Source of the DNA: Catajapyx aquilonaris | Taxonomy: Eukaryota | DNA length: 33,533 nucleotides | NCBI GenBank assembly: GCA_000934665.2 | Contig: KZ539207.1 | Location: forward strand, 1 to 33,533 | Direction: 5' to 3' | Shown: piece by piece, positions 23,492 to 33,533 of the stretch | Position numbering within the stretch: the first letter of the stretch is position 1 | Layout of the letters: each line of letters begins with the position of its first letter | Translations under genes and position numbers: made by a program | The notes under the pieces: generated by a model | Database searches by the model: none | What the model saw: only the letters and a program-made list of their open reading frames with translations | What the model was told of the DNA's origin: nothing

Positions 23492-24110
23492 TTAACTAAT
23501 GAACTGATTTGAGACTTGGAAGGTTAACTAACCAGCCGATATGAGAGATGGCAGGTTAACTAACCAACTGATTTGAGAGGTCGGAGGTTAACAAACCAGC
23601 CGATATGAGAGGTGGGAGGTTATAACTAACCAACTGATATCAGAGTTGGGAGGTTAACTAACCAACTGATTTGAGAGATGGGAGGTTAACTAACCAGCCG
23701 ATAGGAGAGGTGGGAGGTTAACTAACCAACTGATTTCAGAGGTGGCAGGTTAACAAACCAGCCGATATGAGAGGTGGGAGGTTAACTAACCAACTGATTT
23801 CAGAGGTGGCAGGTTAACAAACCAGCCGATATGAGAGGTGGGAGGTTAACTAACCAACTGATATCAGAGGTGGCAGGTTAACAAACCAGCCGATATGAGA
23901 GGTGGGAGGTTATAACTAACCAACTGATATCAGAGTTGGGAGGTTAACTAACCAACTGATTTGAGAGATGGGAGGTTAACAAACCAGCCGATATGAGAGG
24001 TGATGGCAGGATACCTAACCAACTGATTTCAGAGGTGGGAGGTTAACAAACCAGCCGATATGACAGTTAGGGAGGTTAACTAACTGTGATATGACAGTTG
24101 GGGAGGTTAA
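23492..24110. repeat. Minisatellite, ~20 units of 32 bp, two alternating variants
   Basis: The GTTAAC register recurs every 32 bp (23523, 23555, 23587 ... 23975). Variants are AACCAACTGAT(T/A)T(G/C)AGAG and AACCAGCCGATATGAGAG; two units carry a TA insertion. There are no unique spacers. Confidence 0.97.
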
Positions 24111-24157
24111 AGTGACATTATTTTGCTCACCTGCTGTATTCCATTATGATGCATCTC

Positions 24158-24214
24158 CAATGGCATTAGAAGAGCGATGATCTGCGCAATAGCATCAGAA
24201 GAGCGATGATCTGC
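24158..24214. repeat. Tandem duplication, 2 x 29 bp
   Basis: CAATGGCATTAGAAGAGCGATGATCTGC at 24158 and CAATAGCATCAGAAGAGCGATGATCTGC at 24187. Confidence 0.9.
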
Positions 24215-27200
24215 AAGAACAGAAATAGATAAGTGGTAATAATGTGACAAAAATCTTACTGCCACTTAAAAATAACAATCATTATTAATAGTATCGCGCC
24301 AATTTCCAGCCTGGTAACTTGTTGGTGTTGCAACGATATCGGCTATGTAACCCTGCCCCATCACTCCCGGTCCTGCCAAAATAAGGAAGAAGAAAAAAAA
24401 ACGAGAGAGACCGATGAGATCTAGGCCTTTGGATCTTGTGAGTGTGCTTAATGAGAGGCTGATGGCGGAGGCGAGCGTCCCAAATCCGGCAATTTCCTGG
24501 CTCCCTAAGTGGACTCTGGCGCCCGGATTTGGCTCAATTTGACCCCCCCACACCGCCTCCTCTTCTCAGTCTTCTTTTCCTTATATATATATTTTCTCCT
24601 CCAGCAGCATCCCTCCCAAGCCCCAGATTCCCCTCTCAGTGTCTGTCACCAGGGTTCTTGACGCCTGCAAACAAGTCAATCGAGGCAACACCAGTCTTTG
24701 CCGCTACTCGTTGTGCTGTCGAAGCCCTTTTAGTATTCCGGACGAGTGTGTCCGGATCGCAAAAGTGGTTATACTGGGGGGTGAGGGGGAGTTTGGTACA
24801 GTTAGAAGAGGATAGAATGGAGTGAGCGAGAGAGGGGTGCAAAGGCGTTACATATACACCGAGGAGGGCCTAACTAAACTCTACCCTCTCTCTCGACTGC
24901 TTCTCCAACACCGCGTATTCAGTTGTAATAGGAGAATAATTGGGTTAGAGTCTGATGTTAACTTGTGCCGCCCTAATGACGAGCGCTTTATCATCTCCAG
25001 CGTCTGGTGCTGTCAACAAGTATATTACGCATGATGTACTGCATGATGGGAGATAGACAGAAATTCATCACCGCGACTGAAATATTTGAAGCATTTTACG
25101 AGAAATGACAACAAAAGGTTTCGAACGAGTATCCTGGCGTTATGCAACTGTCAGCACCGTTCAGCACTAATCTAGAAAGGTGAAAAATTATATGGAAAAA
25201 TCTTTAAATATCAAAGAAATATTTCCTGCACGTCCTGTACTGAGCAATAACTACTGTGATCCTTTAAGAATAAAAAGAGTACTCCTTCCATAATGTTTTA
25301 ATCAGTTTACTGTAAATCTAGGGCTGCTGAAGCACGATAATTCGCACCAGTACCCTTGCATAATATTTGCATAATTATTTTATAATCTAATAAACATTAC
25401 TATATATTGTATAAATAGCAACAGAGAGCAGTTTGTGTAAAAATGCATCCAACATCAATTTTTATGGTAATCGCTTCGAGAGGGAGAGAAAAAAAAGAGT
25501 TGCTCACTATTAGCATGTTTCGAATCAAATTTGTAATTTTGATTTTGCACATCCATTAATAATCTAAATGGCTTTAAAGAGGAACAGCTTTGGCTTGTGC
25601 TGTATATATAGGTGCTGCTGAAAGAATATTGTGCAGCACATTGTGATATAACACTGACTATTGTAGAGTCATGATTAAAACATTGTGTTGCATTCAAGAA
25701 GCTGACAAATTTTGAACAACTTCAGCGTTTACAATACATGCGGTCAACCTTCAAGAAATGAACCAGCACATCCTTTGTCCTTCGTATTTAAAAATTACCA
25801 TTATTTTGTTTGGGATTAATCCCATCACGCACTATATCGTATACTACATGCTGCAGTTCATGGATTTTTGTGTGTGTGTTTTTTTGCCATCTCCGGTTCC
25901 TCCCCAAAAAAAATGACTGGGATGTGCTTGGATGTTTTTTTTATTATTTTCCTGATGCACCCGGCGACCAGTACATGCACAGCGCAACAACCGAAATTTT
26001 CTTCACAATCAATTACATGCTAAGCATTAGGCGGGGGTGGGTCCCCCGCCATATCGGTTTACACATGATAAAATCGATCGGGATAGAGCGCGTAGTTGTG
26101 CTATCGCTGCATATAGTTTACATGATAAAGTTGACAGCCCAAATTGAGTTGCGAGGCTCGCTGCCTCTATGACCCGCGTGAGAACCATTCATTTGCTCCA
26201 CACATATGCTCAAAACAGTATACATATACTCATAAACCATCCGGACAATGTACAGTACATGCACCAAACTGTACATACTTTTCAATCTACACTCCCTTCC
26301 AGTTCTATAGCAAATGTGTCAAAAAGTGTTTGGTTATTCAGCTTATAGCTTGTATACTTGACATAAACCGCTCTGTTCCATCTGGCAGGTTGATTTTATT
26401 TATTGCCAATTTAGACTCGTTTTAAAAAGTGCGGAATTTTCCTTCAATCAGGCAGGTTTCAACCTCTTAGTAGTCCGAAAGTGAGTTAGGTAGCCAGGAC
26501 ATACAGACAAACTTTCTGCTTTTTATATCTTATAGAGATTGACCAAATGTGGACCAAAAACTGAAGATGAGCCTTTAATCTTGCTGACTTTTTGAAGGAA
26601 GGGCTATGTATACAGTCTTCTCCCAAGTTGTGCCTGTTTTTCTTCTTCTTCTCTTTCTGCTTGTTGCTTGCCTCTCTCCAGAGAGAGAGTCTTATTGGGT
26701 GTGAGGACGTGCGAGATATGATTGCGGTTTGAGAAACGACAAGTTGGTTGGATTGGCGTTTGGGGGTGGAATAGGCAATGAGCGGTCAGCTATAATGCCA
26801 TACAGCTGCTGGCCTCCTGATGAGACAGCAGCAGAGAGACGCATTCGACGGTGTTGGCTGCTGCTGGAGGAGGAGGAAGAGAGAGGAAAATGATGATGGC
26901 TATACCCTTTTGCAGCAGCAGCCAAGGGATAGGAGGAAGGGGAGGTGGAGGAGGGAGAGGGACGCCTGGTGACGCCCCGGCATCCATATTTCATCGGAAA
27001 GGGCTTCATATCAGTCGGCGGCAGAGAGCGCCAGCTAGCTCTTTCCTCGCTGTATCTCATTACCTGAGGCCAGCAGCTCTTCCTTTTATTTCGACCCGAT
27101 CTCATTACTGCCTCCTCCACACTTTTTTCTCCCCCCCCCCTCCTCCTCTCTCTATACCCTCTTCCCCCCATCACCCCTCACTCTCTCTCTCTTTGTGTTT

Positions 27201-30200
27201 GTCGGTTCCGCGAGTCATCATGAGGCAGCCAGCCAGCCATCCAAGGTCCACCCCGGTATCTGCGATTCGTCTTGTGTCATGTTTGCTCTTCCAGCCTTTC
27301 CATCCATCCATTTCTGCTGGGAGAGAGAGAGAGAAGAAGAAGAAGAAGGAAAAAAGGGACCCCTCTCTCTCTCTTTCTCCCTCCCTTTTGGCAGCTGCGG
27401 TTTTTGGTCACTGCTGAAATAAGCTCTCGATTGAGGCACCATCTCATCTATTTGGTGCCAATTTCGACCGTCTTATTTTTTTCCCCGGGCTGCCAACTGC
27501 ATCAGTCATTTCCTGATGGGGTGGAAAAGGGTCTCAATATTGCCATCTTATACTGTACACACTGCCTTTTGCCCTTTTCTCTTTTCCTGCTGCTGCTTCC
27601 ATATCTACCCATTTGATCCGCAGTTGCTATAGGTGTGAGCAAATGTGCAAAAAAAAAGTAGGACAAATGCTTAGGAAATAAGCAACAATGGGTGCTTAAT
27701 AATGCATGCACTGCTTGCCACTTTGGCTCGTTTTTACGTGCAGAACAGACAGCTCTAACATTGTAAACTGTACATGAGTAATTGCTCTCGCCCGACGGCA
27801 GAAGTACAAACACTTTTTTTTTTGCGAGCAGGAATGAAATCATAGCCAAGCAAAGAGATATTTTTTTTGCAGGTACGATTTAGTTAGTCATAAAATGGCT
27901 GCTAGCATAACCTCTCTCAAATGTGCCGCAATATTCGTAATGATGCCAAAAATTGCAATATTTGCAAATAAAAAAATAGCGCATCAGTTACAAAGTTGTA
28001 TCATTGACGGAAAATGTTATTTTGTATGAATATGCCTAAAAACAAAAGCACCAAAGTCCCAGCTATTATGAATATAAAATATGCAGCGCGTGAATATCAT
28101 ATACACAATATTATTAATCTCCGCCGATTGGTTTCCTACAGAGAAACACCGTTGTAATATCCGGTTTTTGTCATCTACTGAATTGCAATTGCTGAGCATT
28201 TTTTAAACATATCATTAATATTGTTTTCTCTTATTGCAGGAAATAACATCACACATCAGCTGCAAGCAAATGGTATAGGCATCGCACCATAATAGTCACA
28301 TAGGCAAGAAACGGCAAACCGCGATTCCCATTCGCCATAATGTTGCTCTGACCATCAGGCTGATCTATATTAGCTGACTAGCTACTTCTTAAAAAACATA
28401 CAGTGATATTTTCAGATTTTTTTTCTCTCTCCCAAGCTCGAGGTTTCTCTGTATATATCTACAGGATATCTTCCTGTATATGCAGCATATAAGAAGCCCA
28501 TGCAGTTGGAAGCCCATATTCAAAAAGCCATTTCGAAGCGGGAAAGATGATTCATGGTCGGAGTGGTCAGAACAGACTGGCTTTTGCTGCTTTGGGGAAG
28601 GGGGGGTTAGTGGTTTGGGTGTGGGCTCAGGGTGCTGTGCACACCAAAAGCAGCAGCAGCAGAAAAGGAATAAACCAAAGGGGCCGGACTATAGTCGGGC
28701 AAGCGGCTTCCCAAGTTTCAATAAATGAGGGGTTTGGCCCCCGCAGCCCCAAAAACAATCCCTGGCTGACAGGATGATGAATGATGACGGATCGGTGGCA
28801 ACCTCTACTCCTAACTACTGCCCACCTATGCCTTATATGCCTTCGTATCTCCCCCATTCAGTATATATAATAACTGTGCAGATAGTAGTACACATAGCCA
28901 TTGCAGCAGTCAGGTCATAACCCGCAAAAATATTTAAAACCGATGCAATTAGTTATTCATTTGACTTTCCATTGTCGGCGTATCATAAAAACCGGTGCGG
29001 ATATTTTTTGTGGGGGAAAAAAAATCAAAGTGTTGTGATGTTATTAGCATTATTTGCTAATTGTGGTCGTGGTGTGTATATACCCCAAGTGGCTGGACTG
29101 TGACAGGACTAGCATATAAAACAACATGGATGGGGGTGTAATATTAAAATGCAATGTGGGCGCCGGTCATAATGGCATTTTGAAAAATGGGGGAGATTTT
29201 ATGAAAAAAAATTACATATCTGCATTAATCGTTGAGCCAATAATTTTCTATAAAAAAGTGTGGTTTTTTTTGCACACATTTATGCAACCCGGGCAAGGCA
29301 GCAAAGTGAGGATAATCCCATTATTAAAACTAAGCTTTATTTTTAAAATTGTCACTTTGAGTTGTCATCATTATGGTTATGCATAGGGTGCCTTTCCGAT
29401 GATGACAACTATAAAAAAGCCCGATGAAATAATCCCAGCATGCTAATCAAAGGCCGCATTTTAAAATTAAAATTATCGCATATTACGTGCCACATATAGT
29501 TTCAGGTCGACATTTGTAACGTACTGACTTCAACGTCCATATTGTCATGTTTTTTGGTTACAATCTTTCACCTAATCGGCTTATTCTCTCCGTCTGATGT
29601 TTGTCCGAAAAAGCGAGCGTTTTTCTAGTGTTTGCTAAAAAATTCTTTGCAGTTCTAATTTGTGAATAGGTTCTAAGTTGGAATCACAGTGCTAACCAAG
29701 TTGACAGGTTGGCAATGCCAGCGGCAGCACCCTTCTCTCTCCCTCAACCCTTCTTCACGGGTCATTTCCACGACCTCCCCCCCTGTCATCACAAACCGCA
29801 GGGGGTGCTCTCCCCCCCCCTCTCCGTCACCCTGTGCTAAAAAACCCCACCCTAACCTCCTAAAACCCTAATCGGCCGTCATGGCCAACTAATGAAACGG
29901 GCGACGGGCGAGACATCTGGGACGCTGGGGACGCAACCGACGCACTTACGTCACTCGACAGATGACCAACCTTTTTGTGTGACCCACCCCATGGTGGAAC
30001 CTCCCCCCCATTCCAAAAAAAAAGAGGAAGGGGGGGGGGGGAGGTCGTCAGGGTCATTAGGAGGATTTCAGACCGGTTGTCTCTCCGTCATTGCCCGCTA
30101 AAGTGATTAAGTCCAAATCCGGACATTAATCTCCTTTTCGGTCCAACGGCGTACAGTGAAGCCAAAATCTTGAGGCAGTCCAAACAATCCCTGGTCTTAC

Positions 30201-31209
30201 TATACACACACAGAACAAGCCAGATTCATTATTGGGAAGTACAATCCAATTGTTCTGCACAGCCGAAATTTTGCGAATTCACGTCATGTCTGCCGGGACG
30301 TAACCGCGATTTTAGACCCGTCAAAAGTACGCACGCAACAGGCCAGACAAAGGTTGAAAGCGTCATGTCGCGTACATGTTTTTTTTAGCTGAAGTTGAAG
30401 AACCACTCACGTGATGATGAGCAAAAAAAAAGCTGGTACAAATTTGCAGAATATTTTCCTCCAAATTCAGCCAGACTATATAACAATAGGGTCGTATACC
30501 ACAACTATTGGACTTCATTTTTAGAGTTTTGTCAACCACGTTCATTTTGCGCCACATTATGTACCCATAAATGAATTTATTAGCCCGTTTATTACGCGAC
30601 ATAGCATATATTTCGCTTCTGGGCGCGACCCGCTGCCGTTGCCGCGTGTATAGTGTTGGAGCGCGATAAAATGATGTCGGTCGGGGCAATAGATTCATCT
30701 GGGCGTGATAGAATGATCCGGCCGTGTCATTCTGCGGGATATGTCGGCTGCCCACAACTAAAATTCCCAATTCGACTCTTTTCATATATAACTCTCACGA
30801 GGGTAGGAGGCTATATTTTATATTTTTGAAAAAACGGGGTGGACCATTAATGAGAGGCATGTGCGCAGAAGGTGTTAGGTGTGCGTGGGACACATGGATT
30901 TTGAAAAGAGGGGGTGGTTAATTTGCGTCTCTCTAGCTTTTCCAACCCCCCCACCGTAACTTTGGTGGTCCAGGGCGGTGTTGTTTATGGCGGCGGGCTG
31001 GCCAATTAGCGCGCGGCTGGGCGGAATGGGCCTCTAATGGGACCTGCGGCCACACTGCGGGTCACGGACTGGCACAGACAAATGGACCCATCGCTCACTC
31101 CCTCCCAGCACCACCACCACCAGCATATAGTTGGCCGGAAGAGGGAGGGACATAAGCATCAAAGATCAACTGGCACGCACAGCCGGACACTAATGGCGAC
31201 GACATATGT

Positions 31210-31267
31210 TTATTTCCAACGCTACCGTAACGACTGCTTATTTCCAACGCTACCATATTTCCAACGC
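31210..31267. repeat. Short direct repeat, TATTTCCAACGC x3
   Basis: TTATTTCCAACGCTACC at 31210 and 31238; TATTTCCAACGC at 31256. Confidence 0.9.
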
Positions 31268-32600
31268 AATAGCTAATTTTTCCGGTCCAATCTGTCTGGA
31301 AGTAAATCTGCTTTAAAAAAAAGATGGTTAGTAGGTGATTGAGAAGTCTTTCACGGGCAGAGAGGGGGGCTGGAAGGATAATTGATTGGTGTAAAAAAAG
31401 AGAGTTTGTTGTGGATGCATCAGAGGCAGCAGGGTGTGGGGTGGGTGGGATAAATAATAAAGGGGGGGCTGCCCACCCACCCAGCCAACTTCCCCCCCAC
31501 TCATCATAAGCAGCTCCGGCAGCCTCCTCAACTTTCTTCGCCAACATAATTATTTCCTGCAGCCTGCATCGAATTCCCAGATAATTTATGCCAACTTAGG
31601 GCAAAGTCTTCGCACCTCCGGAGATGGGGAGGGGGGGGGGAAGGAGGTGGGAGGGAGGGAGGGAGGGAGGCAGTTTTTGAGTTCATCCTCGGGGCCGGGA
31701 GGAAATTACCTTCTCTCCAAGCAGCCATGGCTTGCTTACTTGCATGGACGGATGGATAGCTTGGGCTGCCTGCTTCCACTAACTACCTGCTTAAATACGC
31801 CCCCCAGATGCAACCACCATCATTCCCATGGCCAACTTTGCCCTATTAGCAGCAGACAACTTTTACACACGAGTGAAACTTATCGAAGCTGTAACCCAAG
31901 ATGAATTGCCTTGGTTATTGTCGCACTATATATATATAAAGAAAAGAGCCAAGTTCTTGAGATGTCGAATTAAGAGTATGTTTTTTGGTGTCGGTTGTTC
32001 TGGTGGTGGTGTATACGTAGTGTGGTTTTCCAGGCGTAAAATTGGCGCGGGTCCTCTTCCCCTTGGAGGCAAACCTTTTCATAGGCAAATTTCGGGGGGC
32101 AGCTAATCACGGACAGGGGGACTTGATTCGGCCTCTCCTCAGCTCAGACTCAGAACAATGGACCCAGGGTGAGAGAGAGGAGCCTCTTCCGACCCCCCCC
32201 CCCCCTTTCCCCATACCTGACAATGGACACACAGCACAGCACACCACACTGCATAACAACAAGCAGAAGCGGCCAACTCCATCGTCTCTCGTCCGAAGGG
32301 CTGTTCAAAACGACTTCTATCCTGATGACTTACCCCCCTTCCCTTCCCTTCCCTTCCCCATCACCCTGCTGCTGCTGCTGCCTTACCAAAACAATGTCCA
32401 CTCACTGCCCTCATTTCCACCTCTTTATCTTTGTAATGACCTTTCCATTAAACTCTACATCGATCCAAGTTCGTTTATCTGCCGACACAAGGACCGTGAT
32501 TCAACAACTACGCGACCGCTTCTTCAAGTTACAAGAACAACATTGCCCGCGCCCCAAAATCTTCCGTGATATTATAATCGTTTATATGGTAATGCCTTCT

Positions 32601-32640
32601 GATTGGTCCGCCTCTGTTACCGCGACGCTTCCGATTGGCC
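32601..32640 (-). promoter_or_regulatory. Paired CCAAT boxes 32 bp apart
   Basis: GATTGG at 32601 and 32633 in the same orientation, about three helical turns apart, as seen in NF-Y promoters. Confidence 0.35.
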
Positions 32641-32993
32641 CCCTCACACAACAATGAGTAAGCAGCGTCCTACTCATATATTGTTGACAGGTCAACCAAC
32701 TTGAAAGGAGATGGGAGGTTCCAGAAGTGCATTCTATATAGGTTACTTTGATGGGGGGGACTTGCAATATATTAACAACCACCGCAGGCCGCAGGCCTAG
32801 AAACAAGAGAGCGAAGCGAGGGTATTTCTAATAATGTATATACAGTGTGATTTTGGGACCAGCACCTGTTGTTCAAACAGTGGCGTATCCGGATGGCACC
32901 TCGCTCTCTGATGTTGTTGTTGGAGGGGGTCGAGGTTTTGAGGGGAAGGTGATGTGTGAGGGATGGAGGGAATCGGAGCGATGATGATTGTTG

Positions 32994-33023
32994 ATGGTGA
33001 TGGTGATGGTGATGGGGAGAGAA

Positions 33024-33058
<35 letters not shown>

Positions 33059-33069
33059 GAGAAGAGAGA
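32994..33069. repeat. (GATGGT)n followed by (GA)n microsatellite
   Basis: Directly visible; one example of many GA/CT, CA, CAG and poly-G/C tracts in the window. Confidence 0.9.
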
Positions 33070-33210
33070 CGTCCTGCGGAAGACAAGCGCCAAGCGGCCA
33101 TCAGCTGCACAAAGCGGCCATTTTCCAGGCCAGCGCCTTCCAATGGGCCGGAGGGACGTGCAGGCGACAGGGGTCGGATGGGGGGGAAGGGGAGGGGAGG
33201 GGAGGGAGGG

Positions 33211-33216
33211 NNNNNN
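33211..33216. other. Assembly gap (6 N) in a G-rich tract
   Basis: Run of N after (GGGGA)n. Confidence 1.
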
Positions 33217-33533
33217 CCCGGGGGCGACGGGCTGTGGGGAGGAATGAGGGGGGGGGGGATCACTGTCACAGAGCCAGCGACACTGCCAAGGCTTTACGGA
33301 TGACGCCTCCGACGCCACCGAAGCTACCTTCTCACGTCAACGCAACAACCAGCACCACCAACCCCTCTCTCTCTGTTCCTCCACTCTCAAAACCACAAAA
33401 CGCCATAAATAGGGGGCATCCGTCATGAATGAACCAACTTAGGGAGGGAGAGGCTGGATGGAGAGATGCATGGATTTAAACAAGGTTCAGGGTACTGCGG
33501 AATTGCTGTGGAATAGTCCAATGGCTATATGTG

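Noticed and set aside
23492..24110. CRISPR array
   Set aside because: Head-to-tail repeats without unique spacers, no cas genes, eukaryotic context.
32994..33014. Poly-His coding stretch or His-tag on -
   Set aside because: Simple (GATGGT)n microsatellite next to a GA repeat; no vector or exon context.
111..33428. All ORFs in the supplied track (60-188 aa)
   Set aside because: They are dominated by microsatellite-derived runs (ERER, SLSL, PPP, GGG), overlap on both strands, and show no recognisable domain, homeobox, hexapeptide or transposase motif.

Overview
33.5 kb of non-coding eukaryotic DNA. It most likely comes from an invertebrate bilaterian (inference: CTCF-like motifs, CpG not visibly depleted, dense GA/CA/poly-G microsatellites). 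I found no credible protein-coding gene, tRNA, rRNA or CRISPR array; the supplied ORFs are low-complexity chance frames. The window reads like a regulatory landscape or large intron, with GA/poly-G/motif-rich blocks alternating with AT-richer spacers. The supportable objects are: (1) a ~535-bp MITE with TIRs and an ATAT TSD (8914-9448); (2) a Tc1-ended palindromic element (15358-15584) that folds into a long three-way-junction structure whose mismatches are mostly G-U compatible on the + strand; (3) a multi-block module found three times (3.1, 7.5, 10.6 kb), built around a CTCF-like core with a fixed-distance accessory motif and possibly a convergent CTCF-site pair; (4) a CRE/CCAAT/GC-box cluster lying between convergent CTCF-like sites; (5) an exact Sox-Oct composite site plus an excess of octamers; (6) a 32-bp minisatellite with higher-order structure; (7) weak + strand splicing signals (9-nt microexon candidate, AG|GT recursive-site candidate). 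All motif calls were made by eye and are untested.
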